A DNA stretch of 64,000 nucleotides from Octopus bimaculoides. Lineage: Eukaryota. The position numbers and the translations under genes are program-made. The stretch covers positions 6,732,373 through 6,796,372 of the forward strand of contig NC_068986.1 of the NCBI RefSeq assembly GCF_001194135.2. The letters run 5' to 3'. Within the stretch, counting starts at the first letter, position 1; every line of letters starts with the position of its first letter. Under the pieces are notes generated by a model, which saw nothing but the letters and a program-made list of their open reading frames with translations, did not search any database and had not been told where the DNA came from. Positions 38,028-49,867 of this stretch are shown one piece after another.

Positions 38028-38563
38028 TCAAGACACAACCTTGGATCTCTGGGGGATGTTAGTAGACATAGTTATAGATCTGAAAAGTCCCGAGCATCTT
38101 CCCAAGATTCTATTGACAAACCAACTGGCAGAACCGTGAGAGGCCGAAGGGATCCACATTTTCAAGCCAGAGTCCAAGATTCTGACTTTGATGACAAAAG
38201 TGACAGTTCCAGGAGTCGAGATACCAGAGATGGACATAGTCTCCCTGGTGAAAGGTTTCAAAGTGCACCTAGAGGCGCACCTAGGGGAATGCCTAGAGGC
38301 ATGCCTAGGGGTATGCCTAGGGGTATGCCAAGGGGTATGCCAAGAGGTATGCCTAGGGGCATGCCTAGAGGAGCACCTAGAGGGGCACCAAGGGGTATGC
38401 ATCCTCATGGTTCAGCTCCACCATTTGATCATAGTTATCAACCTCAAGGAAATAGAGGTGGTCAAATGCGATTTCATTCTCAGCCTGGAAATCAATCTCA
38501 TCATAGAGAAAGAATTGAATACGACCCTCGAGGACGCCATGTTGAAACACATCAGGGTTCAAG
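38028..38563 (+). CDS. Unrecognised 2-TM protein, exon 4 (536 nt) with the (A/M)PRG x11 repeat
   Basis: ttcttgttctaatccag|TCA...TCA AG|gtttgt. The frame is open throughout and contains ORF-track 38136..38618. The sequence is R/S/D/G-rich and low complexity. Confidence 0.85.
38265..38396 (+). repeat. Coding 12-bp tandem repeat, 11 units: (APRG)2(MPRG)7(APRG)2
   Basis: Read directly as units of gca/atg-cc(t/a)-ag(a/g)-ggN. Confidence 0.97.
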
Positions 38564-40809
38564 GTTTGTAAAATGCTTTTTAATTTTTTCATTTGAACAA
38601 ATTAACAATGTAAATTAAGTTTAGATATACTGAATTAGAATTATGTAACCCAAGATAAAGTTATTTTTAATAATAAATCAGGACTCAAATTCATTTACAT
38701 TTACAAACTTTCAATGTTTTGAAGGCTACTCTGTTGAAAGTATTTCTTGTGAATATCTTAGTCTGTATTTTTATTTCATCATCATAATCATGTAACATCT
38801 GTTTCTCATACTGGCCTGGATCGGATGGCTTGACAGGATCTGATGGGTCAGAAGACTGCATTGTGTTCCAGTGTCTGCTTTGGTATGATTTCTATGGCTG
38901 GATTCATTTCTGATGCCAACGGCTTTACAGAATGTGCTTTTTTTTTTTATGGCACCAGCACTAGTGATGTTGCCATGTAACTCACAAAATTATTTTCTCC
39001 TTCAACTGCAATAGGGAAGGAGGCAGCTTTATGCTAGGAGAAAAATGTTAAAGTATAGAAGGGGTCAGAACAGAGTTCATGTTGTAGAGGAGATATATGG
39101 CTACACATTATATAAGAGTGGGAGGAATTGGTGGGGGACTGGAAAGAAGAAATTGTTGGTTATGAGGTGTTATGGTGGATGTTCAAAGTATGATGATGAT
39201 GAATAGAAGTGTGTGTGGGTAGAAGAGGGTGTATGGGTAGGTAGATTGGTGGGAGGGGACGAGTTGATTACATTGACCCAAGTGTTTCACTGGTACTTAG
39301 TTTAACAACTCTGAAAGGATGAAAGCAAAGTTGACCCCAGCAGAATCTGAACTCAGAATGTGAAGACAGACAAAATGCTTAGCTGCATTTTGTCCAGCAT
39401 GCTAACGACCCTGCCAGCTGATGATGATAATACAGTAGTGATGAGAATAAAGGAGATGATGTCTGGGTGGGTGCGAGTGCAGAGTCAGACATAATGAGAG
39501 ATATGTGGTGATAGGTTTTTGTTTCTTCTCCAAGGCCCCTAAGTAAATAGTCTTGTATAAATATATCTGGTTTTTGTTAAAAAATATTTGAAGATTAAAA
39601 TTTCTTAGAAGGAAGGTCATCTTCATTTAACATCTTTTTTTCCATGCTGGCATGTTGGGCCAATATGTCAAAATCGTAAAATAAAATATAATTTGTAAAA
39701 CAAAGTATTAGAATTTTAAAATGGTTTTTGTTGATCCACACATAGATTCAAGAGATTGCGTAAATCCATGATTAATAATTGACAAACATTTGACGTGTAT
39801 GTTTTATCCATTCTGCATTAAATAAAATATATTGTGATCTGAAAAGCAAATGTCTTGATTACAACCTGCCTACTGTACATTCAACCTTTAACCTTCTAAT
39901 TATTCTGTCAAATGTAATGCTTATTTATTCAGATAGCTTTGAGATCTTGATGGTGTGACTATTTTGAAAATGATGTTGGATAGGTGTGAGAGGCTGGTTC
40001 TGGCCAATTTGGACATAAAATGGGTAGGATGTGGAAAGTGTAAATGTTAAAGGTGATTAAATCTAATGAACTTCTTTCTAGGGAGTTTTAAAGCCAAAAC
40101 TATTTTAGAGTCTAATTAATGATAACTAACTTTCAATAATTCTACTTTTTATTTATAGTCTTCATCTCATGCAAGACTGAATCTTTCCCCATCTTAAGTG
40201 ATAACAAGCTAAAGATAGACAATAAATATTTGTATTAATACAGCAGTCCTCTTTCTTAAGGATATCCTCCATACCAAATTATTTAGGAGTGCAAAGAAAA
40301 GACAGTACAGACCAATGTTGAGGGAAGGGAACTTGGATCTTAGTATATCTAATCTAAAGAGACCCACACTGTCACAAATGCCAGCACTGTCTTATGATCC
40401 CATCAGACCATGAAACAATTTGTCTGGTCCACTTGTTTTGATCCTTTACTAAAGAGAAAGGTTTTTCATACATGCCTGATAAAGTCAAGGTTCACTTGTT
40501 TAATATTGACATTTCCTGGCAAACTCAATTAGCTTATCCAGTAGGGGTCTCACTAGTAAGGGATAAAAGTCTATATCAAATTGTGTATATCTAGCTTTAT
40601 ACCTGTCATTTATATTCTTAAACAAGTTTATAACAGTGTTGCTATTGACTCAGTACCATAGTTTAGTAGTTTCCATAATTCTATTAAGAGAGAAGACTAT
40701 GCTGATATAGTAATGAAATGGGTATGAATGAGGACAGCCACTAAAAGAAAGTTAAAGGCTGAATGTACAGTAGTCAGGTTGTAATCAAGACACTTGATTT
40801 TCAGATCAC

Positions 40810-41985
40810 AAAATATTTAATGTGGAGGGAAGCTGTGAAAGGGGTAGACCCAGGAAGACATGGCATGAAGTGGTGAGAAAAGGTCTTTAGATGCTGGGCC
40901 TCACGGAAGAGATGACAAGGGACCAGGACTGATGGCAATTTGTTGTAATTGGAAAGACACATCAAGCTAATTAAAATTGAGGCCATCCATACATACAGGC
41001 ATGTCCCTTTTTAGCCATGGCTTCCACTCCCTCTCCCAGCTGAAAGTTCGTCTTGCAGGTACCAGTGCCATGTAAAATGCACTTGTGCTGACGGCACATA
41101 AAATGTACCAGCACACTGAAGTGGTTGGCATTTCGTCCAACCCATGCTAGCATGGAAAGCGGACGTTAAACGATGATGATGATGATGATGATCTAGCAGT
41201 AAAGATGCCAAAACAGACAATTGGAGTCTGGACAGCTCTTCAGCTAACCAGCTCCTGTCAAACCATCCAATGCACGCCAGCAAAGAAAACAGATGTTAAA
41301 TGATGATGAGTAATTTTTTTTTTGGGGGGGGGGCTATTAAACTTATTTCAGTTCTTGCTGGGTTTGCAGGTGGGCTTCTTGCTAAAATTAGGTTTGTGAT
41401 CTTTTTAAAGTTATAAAAGCTTTCCTTTTAGGTAAGCACTCTAACCTATCTTCAATTTTACTTCTTTTAGCAAAGAATTTAGTGTCATCATTAATGCTTT
41501 TATAGCTATCTATATTGGCTTTCTTACATTTAGTGGAGGTACTATTATGTAGATCATTATTGATTTCATACAAGTTATTAGTTTTAGAGTTTTTTTTAAA
41601 GTTTCTAATATCAGATTTTTTAGTTAGACATTAAATTTCGTAAGTACTATAACCCTTTCAAGTTTAAGATTGCTTTCAAAAGGGGGCTAAATATTTCCCT
41701 GTATGTGGGTATTTATAGGTCTTTAAGCCATGGGTTTTTTTTTTTGCTAGTGGGTGATACAAGCTTGCCCATCTGTTGTACTACCAGAAGCAAAAAAAAA
41801 CTTATAGTAGTTTATATTTTAAATTTTGTCAGAGTGGTTGGCGTTAGGAAGGGCATCCAGCTGTAGAAACTCTGCCAAATCAGATTGGGGCCTGGTATAG
41901 CCATCCGGTTTCACCAGTCCTCGGTCAAATCGTCCAATCCCATGCTAGCATGGTAAGCAGACGTTAAACGATGATGATGATGATT
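40810..41985 (+). mobile_element. Cluster of RTE 3' fragments (about 40810-41310 and 41828-41985)
   Basis: Repeated 3' UTR/(GAT)n tails and a GRPRKTW-like remnant. Confidence 0.8.
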
Positions 41986-42489
41986 AAATATTTATTTCTC
42001 ACTGGATGGAGAAGGACTTTTGTTGTTCTCACTAATAATGGAACAGTACACTACACACAGTTATAATACATTAGTTTAACTGCCAATGAAAGCATTCAAA
42101 CTAGTTATTAAATGGTTCTATTTAAGGTGGAGTAGTATATTATCAGTTATCAGTTTCTACCATGGTTTTAAACAGCTCACATAGATTCTATTGTTTCCAT
42201 TTTTTTGTAATTCTAGTATTAGGATGTTGGACACCTGTTTTAGCTATTAGAAAATTGCTGTGTAAATGAATTAGCAAGATGGTTCATGAATAAGATTGAT
42301 TAAAAATTATTGGAAAGTCCTTTTTCTTTAGTATTGGGATGTTTGTTTCCACTCTTTAGCTCTGCTAAACAAATTCAAATAAATGGTTACTAAATAACAT
42401 TTTCAAACTAACAGACATTATTACAAGCCTGTTGCATTATGATTCGAGTGATTTTATTTCTGAAAACTTCTTTTTTCTTTAATTTGCAG

Positions 42490-42556
42490 GCAACCTACTT
42501 CTTCAGATGATTCCAGAGATATAAAAGTTGATACATCCTCTGAGTCAGAAATTTAA
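42490..42556 (+). CDS. Unrecognised 2-TM protein, terminal exon 5 (67 nt)
   Basis: ttttttctttaatttgcag|G CAA...ATT TAA. Encodes (R)QPTSSDDSRDIKVDTSSESEI*; the phase-2 join is exact. Total CDS is 1059 nt = 352 aa plus stop. Confidence 0.8.
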
Positions 42557-43884
42557 AAGAATCACAAGACAATGTTTTTATTAAATTTTATTTAGTTTCA
42601 TACTTTTTAATGGGAATTTAAATACATTACCCACCACCATATTATACACCCCCCTCCAAAAAACAATATATATTGACCATTGTGTAATGCAGATATTTTA
42701 TATAATCAAATATAAAAGCAGTGTAAATATTTTTTTTACTCTCTCAATATTTTAAGCAACTTTTCTTTCAAACACTTTCCTAAAACCTGAAAAATATTAT
42801 ATTCAAGGATATTTGGAAGTTTTTGCTGTGAATTTATATAATTTGAGAACATTTAAAAAAAAAAAATTAAGTCTTCAAACAAAAACATTGAAGTGTGTGT
42901 GTATATACACACACACACACACACACAGTTTTTCATGCAATCATATATTACATAACAATGTGAACATTTTTTGATCACATGACACTTGAATTTATTAAAT
43001 TCTGTGAAACAGTATGTAGACATATCTTTATATTTTCATGACAATTTATATTTTTATAACTTCATCTGAAAATAATCATCAAATTCAAAATGCATTAAAT
43101 TTTCTTTCTAAATATCGGTCCTGGTTATATTTCCTTTGAAAATACTTGAATGCAATTTTAAAGAATTATAAATTGAAATTTGAATTTCCAGAATCTTAGC
43201 TGCAATGTCAATAGATAAAAATGATTTTACTACAAAACTCAGTGTTATGTATACTATTTTTCCTCCACCTTCTACCAAATCAAGATAAAAATTAGGGGTG
43301 TGTATAAAACAAAGTTGTAAAGTTTTCCCCCCCACTTTTATTAGGAAAACAATGTACTAAATCTATTTTATTTAATGTTCGTTGTCCATGGTTGAACAAA
43401 CTATCAATAAATTAAACACTTAAAAATGGCAACATTCTAGGCTGTGGGTGTATGAAACAATTTTGCTGTGGGTTGCACTTGAGTTTTGTAAGAGAATGTG
43501 ACATTATCTTGTGACGCTTAAGTATTGTAACACCCTTGCATTAACTTTGTTTCGCATTGGACTATTAATGTGACAGAAAAAAAATACATCTATTTTAATG
43601 GTCTTTAAATTAATTTGAGCTTCATGAAAAACATTAATAGTCTAAAAAATTTTATGCTAGAAAAACAGAACATAGGATTTTGAACAGAGAATTGTAAAAA
43701 ATAGGACTATTAATTGTAACAGGAAAAGGATAGTTAAATTCTTGAAATTAGTTTGGTGTATTCTAATAACTTATAATTATAAGACACTGCCTTGTTCAGA
43801 ACTGGGTGATGTGAGAAATTTCTCATGATGGACCTGGTTAAAGGTTTTGCTAATATCAAAGAAAGCAACATTGCTATCAACAAC

Positions 43885-44213
43885 ACGTAGTACTCCGTCG
43901 GTTATGACGACGTGGGTTCCAGTTGGTGAGATCAATGGAACAGCTTGCTCATGAAATTAACATGCGAGTGGCTGAGCACACCACAGACATGTGTACCTTT
44001 AACTTAGTTCTCCGGGAGATTCAGTGTATGACAAGGCTGATCCTTCGAAATACAAGTACGAGAGAAAGTTGTGAAAGAGTACAAGCAGGGTTCACCACCA
44101 CCCTCTGCTGGAGTGTCATGGAGATTTAGGTGTTTTCACTCAATAAACAAAGCCCAGTCTGGAAATCGAAACTGCGATCCTGCTGCCTTAACCACTGGAC
44201 CATTGCACCTCCA
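43885..44213 (-). mobile_element. Third tRNA-derived SINE family
   Basis: Head tggtccagtggttaagg...gtttcgatttcc. The body is homologous to 14778-15098 (+), which ends in caacaacaa. Confidence 0.8.
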
Positions 44214-44825
44214 CTTTTCAACAACAACATGAAACATTAAGAGAGCAAGTCTCTGTTGGTCTTTGGGAAGAGACTTAAAGTAATTAGTCATTTCCCCCCA
44301 TACCTTGGGGCTGATTCATGTAGAAAGGAAAACATTGAAATGGTAAGAACAAACTAGAAATGGTGATCAGAATCTGTTGTTTTGTTGGGTTGGAGTGATG
44401 TTTCTATACCTTATATGTTGACATTTGAGACAAGTTTGTAGAGGAGTTGGCGTTGTATATGGCCAGCATAATAAATACCGAAAAATTTAACGACTCAGTA
44501 ATTAAATTTTAAAAGCAGCTACAATACTTAGGGCCAGCCCATTACCATGCTTTTGCTATTCATTTAGTCACAAGCAACTATTAACTCTCTCAAGGCTCCC
44601 GTTTTTTGACCCAGAGGAACATCCAGGAGGTGGCAGCCAAAAAAGGAGAACCATACCAGTATGAAACTGATACTTCATTTCCAGTTGTAATATACTGGAG
44701 CAACGTGAAGTGCCTTGTTCAAGGATACACTGCCTAGTTGAGCAACTGAACCCACATCATTATGATCATGAGCCAAAGAGCTTAATCACTAGGCCATATG
44801 CCTTCGACTAAAATACTACCCCATG

Positions 44826-44831
44826 TTTATT
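44826..44831 (-). terminator. Probable polyadenylation signal of the Tectonic gene
   Basis: AATAAA on the minus strand about 40 nt after the stop codon. Confidence 0.5.
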
Positions 44832-44871
44832 AGTGTCAACAAAAAAGTCTTTTACTGAGCTTTTATGAATT

Positions 44872-45052
44872 TTAGAAGTCTAATAGAAACCAAGATTGTG
44901 TTATGGTAATGAGTGAAATGAAGAGAAACGTAAGATATGTGACCAAATTATAAGCATACTCATCAAATGTTTTTTGAATCGTTAAAGGATAGAGGATTTC
45001 TTGCCAACAGCTGTTCATCCAGCACTGTTTTATTTTGTAGAAATCATAATTC
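44872..45052 (-). CDS. TCTN2: Tectonic terminal exon with C-terminal TM helix
   Basis: tactttcag|G AAT...TAA. Encodes NYDFYKIKQCWMNSCWQEILYPL...YNLVTYLTFLFISLITITQSWFLLDF*, compare TCTN2 CNRNEVCWPQLLYPW plus a TM helix. This tail favours TCTN2 over TCTN1/3. Confidence 0.9.
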
Positions 45053-45777
45053 CTGAAAGTATAAAGAAAGACTTTGGAACACACAAACATATATATATAT
45101 TTGTAATATATGAAAAAATAAGTTTTTTGTTAGCAAATACAAATCATCATTGTCATTTAATGTCTGTTCTCAATGCTGGCATGTGTTGGGCAGTTTGACA
45201 GATCACCAGGATATCATTGTTACACCAACAATTCAACTCTAAACATACAAAATTCACTATGCATTTACAATGTAAGAAAGGCTGTAATTATATGAAAAAA
45301 TATATGTAAGATAGAGTTACCACAAAAAAATTTATTGTTTGGATTTTTATTATATTTCTCTTGATTACTTACAGAGAATAGAGTAATAATCCAGACAGGT
45401 GTGTTGTCTGTGGTTCAATATACTTCTCTCGTTTACTCACAAAGAAGAAAACACAGTGGTACTCCAGATAGGTATGAAGTCGGTTTATTCCAACTGTAAT
45501 ACTCAAGACTGTAATAATAACATAAACAAAAATTGAGACGCCTTGTGAATGTTCTTGCAAGTTCCAGAACTTTGAATTATATTGGTTAACTATCTCCACA
45601 ATAATTTCCTACACAGTACCTGGCTGTGATGTAAAGTGATAGTCAATGCCAGATGGGGAGCTTATTGTGAAAGCTGCAAGATTCTCTGAATCCATATTTC
45701 ATTTTATTCTTTCACACACACATACATATTAAATAAAAATGCAAGGCACCTTCCTTAGCAAGTTGTTACTGGCTTAC

Positions 45778-45945
45778 CTTATTGTTGGTTTAGGTGGTAC
45801 CGGTGGAACATGAATAAAATTAACTGCAACAGACAGGGTAAACAGTTGGGAATCTTCTTTGGTTTCTGCTTTGATATTTGGTTTGATAAAACAGGACACT
45901 AAATGCAAGTCATTGCAATGAAATGTCCAGTTGTTATAAGAATAA
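45778..45945 (-). CDS. TCTN2: Tectonic exon, 168 nt
   Basis: tttttctcctag|T TAT...ATA AG|gtaag. Encodes YSYNNWTFHC...QLFTLSVAVNFIHVPPVPPKPTI, compare FSSVNWQYQC...LPISASVQFIKIPAQLPHP. Not in the ORF track. Confidence 0.92.
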
Positions 45946-46572
45946 CTAGGAGAAAAATGAGAAAACGTTTATATCAATTTACATTTATTGTTAATTGATG
46001 ATGTTTAATAATGCAGATACATCTTTATACAAGCCACTCTAAAAGTGGTTTTAAAATATGAATTGGAAGCCAATAAGTTTAGTAATGAATTTAGTGTGAT
46101 CAAAGTTCAGGCCTCAGTTCCCACCTATAGGGCATCAAAAAGGAGTTCAAGGCCAGCTGTCCATCAGAACTGTGATTATCTAGCTCTGAATAGATGAATC
46201 TACAGTAGAATTAAAGATGTGCAAACAGAACCTAGAATTGCGAGGCCCCAAACTAAAATTTAGTGAAGATAAAGTTGTAAGGAAGTAGAAAAGAAGACAG
46301 GACTGTGGCGCTGTCAAGAAAATGGCCTTGTTTGGTATCCAGAAAAAGAGTAGCTAGGAACTTAATGTATGCGTAGAAACACACAAGAGATGTGGAATCA
46401 CAGACAAATTAAAAGAAATCAGGCTTCTCACGTGGCAGATGCCTTGGGGCAGTATGCACTAAGAGCATACTGGAAATAGACTCTTAAACGTCTGGCTAAC
46501 TCACTTGAAGTAGTCATAAACTTTTGTTACCTAAGGTGGCATAATAAGCAGAGGTGGTGGTTCTACTGAAAA

Positions 46573-47440
46573 TATTAGGTTGTTTCACATGAAATGCCAT
46601 ATTTGAAAGGTAACAATAAAATGTTTTAGAAGTGTTAGAGAACTGATTTATTTAATCAAAGTATGATCCGTGTTCATTTATGACTTTTACCCAACGTTTC
46701 TGTAAGTCATATATTCCATCTTTAAAAAAACAAATTAATCTTTCGCTGTGATAAACTGTCTGAATGCTTCAGTTACCTATTCTCTATTTAAAAATGTTTT
46801 ATTGCCTATGTAAAGCTCAAAATGCTTAAATAAGTGATGATCAAAATGAGAGATATCAGGGGAATAGTGAGGATGTTGCAAAATCTCATCATTCAGGCTT
46901 TGCTACTTTTGGACCATAGCTTGAAGTGTGTGAGGATGTGCATTGTCGTGGAGTACAATTGGACCATCTCTATTCACTAGTCTGGGTTGCTTCTTTTTCA
47001 AATTCTCATGAAAAAAATATATTTCCTGGCAATACGATGTTGCTGTTACTGTTTTTCCTTGTTGCAAAAATGAATAATGAATAGTTCCCTTCGCCAATCA
47101 CCATACAGTGACCACTAACTTTTTGGGGTGCAATGGTGGGTTTGGGTAGTGTTTAGGTGATTCTCACTGTCCTGTTCTCCTGCTGTTGTCAGAGAGTATC
47201 CATTTCTCCTCACAAGTAACGGTTTGATGCAAAAATGGTCTTTTTCCAGTTGAGAAAGCAATAAGGAGCACACTTCGAGGCGTCTGTTTTTTTGAATCTC
47301 GTTCAGTTGATGTGGATCAAACCTATCCGTTTTCTTGACTTTTCCAATTTTTCACAGGTGTCCAAAAACAGTTGTGCAATGTGTTTGGAGTTTTGATGAA
47401 AGTTTTTGAACCTTTGTTCTCGGATTTTGTTCATTTTGTT
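46573..47440 (-). mobile_element. Decayed mariner transposon (3' half with TIR)
   Basis: IHYSFLQQGKTVTATSYC...PIVLHDNAHPH; C-terminus GIYDLQKRWVKVINEHGSYFD*; TA|ttaggttg end. Confidence 0.88.
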
Positions 47441-48141
47441 CATGGAAAATGGACATTAAACGGTGATGATGATGATAATGAATTCTAGGTCTCAGACTTC
47501 AATGGTTCATAAACTTTGAAAGAAATTTCAATGAATATGATTTTTGATCATAAAGATTCAACAGCTAACTTCACTGTATTTACATTGAATCTCCTTATCA
47601 GGTTTCTGCCTGTGTAGTTGACAGAATACTAAACCATAAAGAAGCAGGCATTGAAATAATACTCGACCCTTTAAGAACTATTGTAGCAGCATTTAGGACA
47701 ACTATTCAACACAAAGTTCCCAAAAGATAAATCTGCCATCAAAGTTATTTTTAATAATATTTCATTTCTTATGGCTACAGGAAACATTTTCCCCAAGATT
47801 CTCCCATTTTAGTCTCACCACATTGATAATAAACTCATTATTTATCTTTTATTGGATATATTTTTTTTTTTATTAACTCATTATTTTTCTTCTTTTATTG
47901 GATATATTTAGATTTTTCTATATATTTAGATTTTTGCTCTAATGTTAAACATTAGAGCAAGAGAACAAAGAAATATCTAGTTTTAAATGAAGTTGAAGTA
48001 GTAAGGGATATCCTACCTAGGTAGTGGGACTTATCTATATTTAACAGCAAACAACAATTCTAGTACATTTAAAGTTTTGTGTAATTCACTGAACTGTAAA
48101 AGTTGAATTGATTAAATATAATGGAAAAATTTGACCTTTAC

Positions 48142-48387
48142 CTAATTTTTGCTCCAATAATTTCGTTGATCACTATGCCATGAACATAACCAGTATGAGC
48201 ATACATTATGCTCAGTTTAATACCAACTGGCATTAAATCACAAGAACTAGCTTGAATCTTTGATGCAGCATTTAATGTTACTGGCATTAAAATGTGGTGA
48301 AAAATATTGGTTTGGTTAGAATTATTATTGATATTTCTAGAATTACTACTGTTTGATGTATCAGGAAATATTTCAGAGATATTTGGC
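48142..48387 (-). CDS. TCTN2: Tectonic exon, 246 nt
   Basis: tttctgttgcag|G CCA...ATT AG|gtaaag. Ends CDLMPVGIKLSIMYAHTGYVHGIVINEIIGAKI, compare [34 protein letters not shown]. Confidence 0.9.
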
Positions 48388-49349
48388 CTGCAACAGAAAA
48401 AAATACTCTTATTGGTCATATATAGAAAGAAATTAGAATGTTTCCTCAGCAAGATAAAATTACAGCAATTTTCTGTTACAATTTTATAGCTATTGTTTCC
48501 AAAGTGTTATAGTAACTTAGATATAAGCCTGTTAAATAAAATTGAACTTGCTTAACCAAAGGTCCACATGTACAAGTTTTAGAGTCACAACATAGAGAAT
48601 TGTCACAAAGATGTTCCGTATTATTAAAAATCATACATAAATATTATTAAGAAATAGATGCACACAAGCATTATTATTACTAGCAGAAAGACTGACCTCC
48701 GGGTGGTTTTCTGCTAGCCACTCAATATTTTCACATTTGATTCCCAATTCTAATAATTTTTATGATATTTTACGCCTAATTATTTCTTTGTATAATAGTG
48801 CTCACTTGCTTAGTAAATAACGCTTTTATTATTTTATCAGTCATAATCTCTCTTTTTTAAAGAGTCAGTCTGTTATATATATATATATTTACCATTAATA
48901 ATTGGTAGAACTTAAATAGCTAGCTAGATAGATAAATAGATGGATGGATGGATGGATAGATACACACACACACACACACACACAAAAGTCTGGTGCTATG
49001 AGAATACATGGGAATGAGGTTTCCTTACTTTTTCAAATATACCCAAATTTAAAATCATCTAATATAATGATATTCATTCGGCATGTGTTGAAATATGCCA
49101 AAACAATTTAATCCCACACAAATATATATTACTTTACACATAGTTTATCTGTTAATTTTATTTACTGAAACTTGCTTAAAAGCATATTTTGCTTTAAAGT
49201 AGTATCTCCTTGTAGGAACAATTGTCAGTTGTTCCATACTGTTTCCATTTCTCTCAGCCAATATTTTTACATTAGCCTTTTTTTCGAACTCTAGATAATG
49301 CAACATACAGCTGACCCTGTGAGAAGAATTGTGTCAGAAGATCTATTCC

Positions 49350-49620
49350 AATTTGTTCAAATGTCAGTCCCTGTGCCTTGTTGCATGCACGTCAAGGCAA
49401 AAGCTGGCTTGACAGGAAATTGTTTGCATGTAAATGTAAATGGAAATTCCATTTCTTGAGATACATGTGGTATTCTTGGGATTAGCAGAGTTGATCCTGC
49501 ATAAGGACCAGAAGCAACCTCAGCTTTAATAACATGATCATGTAAACTGACAAAGATGTAGTGTGTGCTACTGCAATGTCCATTAGTAGCATCTAAATTT
49601 CTCAGAAGCATTATGCATCA
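49350..49620 (-). mobile_element. Fragment of a second Helitron (PIF1 helicase)
   Basis: MLLRNLDATNGHC...LLIPRIP...FPFTF..KQFPVKPAFALT. Confidence 0.85.
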
Positions 49621-49762
49621 TTTTTTCTTCATTTTGAGAATGTAGTGGAAACCCTGATGGTGTAAGTTTGTTGATGAACTTGATTGTTCTAAAGTAAAAA
49701 TATCTGTTCATTGAAAGGAAACTAATGACAGCCCTGAACAAAATATTGTAAACAGAACTTAC

Positions 49763-49867
49763 CTAAGTATTTTAATCCAGTGGGATTCAATACTTCCATC
49801 GTTATGTTGAAAACGTCCAATTCTATCAGCTGGTATCAGCCGGTTCAGCAAATATAAAACTTCTTTT
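49763..49867 (-). CDS. TCTN2: Tectonic exon, 105 nt
   Basis: ttattag|A AAA...CTT AG|gtaag. Encodes KEVLYLLNRLIPADRIGRFQHNDGSIESHWIKIL, compare LDSLIQATHVAMRGNSD...GWLEII. Confidence 0.88.

Noticed and set aside
38265-38396. MPRG repeat as a reflectin-like cephalopod protein
   Set aside because: It lacks the reflectin M/F-D-x5-M-D-x5-M-D motif and the Tyr/Trp richness, and this protein has TM helices.
38028-38571. Alternative-frame and antisense ORFs over the repeat (38028..38408 -, 38188..38571 +, 38377..38592 -)
   Set aside because: These are by-products of a stop-free 12-bp repeat. Only the PRG frame splices in phase and shows synonymous-only variation.
45369-45599. 76-aa minus-strand ORF with a hydrophobic stretch as the Tectonic last exon
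   Set aside because: Its acceptor is phase 0 while the upstream exon ends in phase 2. The 45052-44872 exon fits the phase and carries the CWxxxLYP motif.
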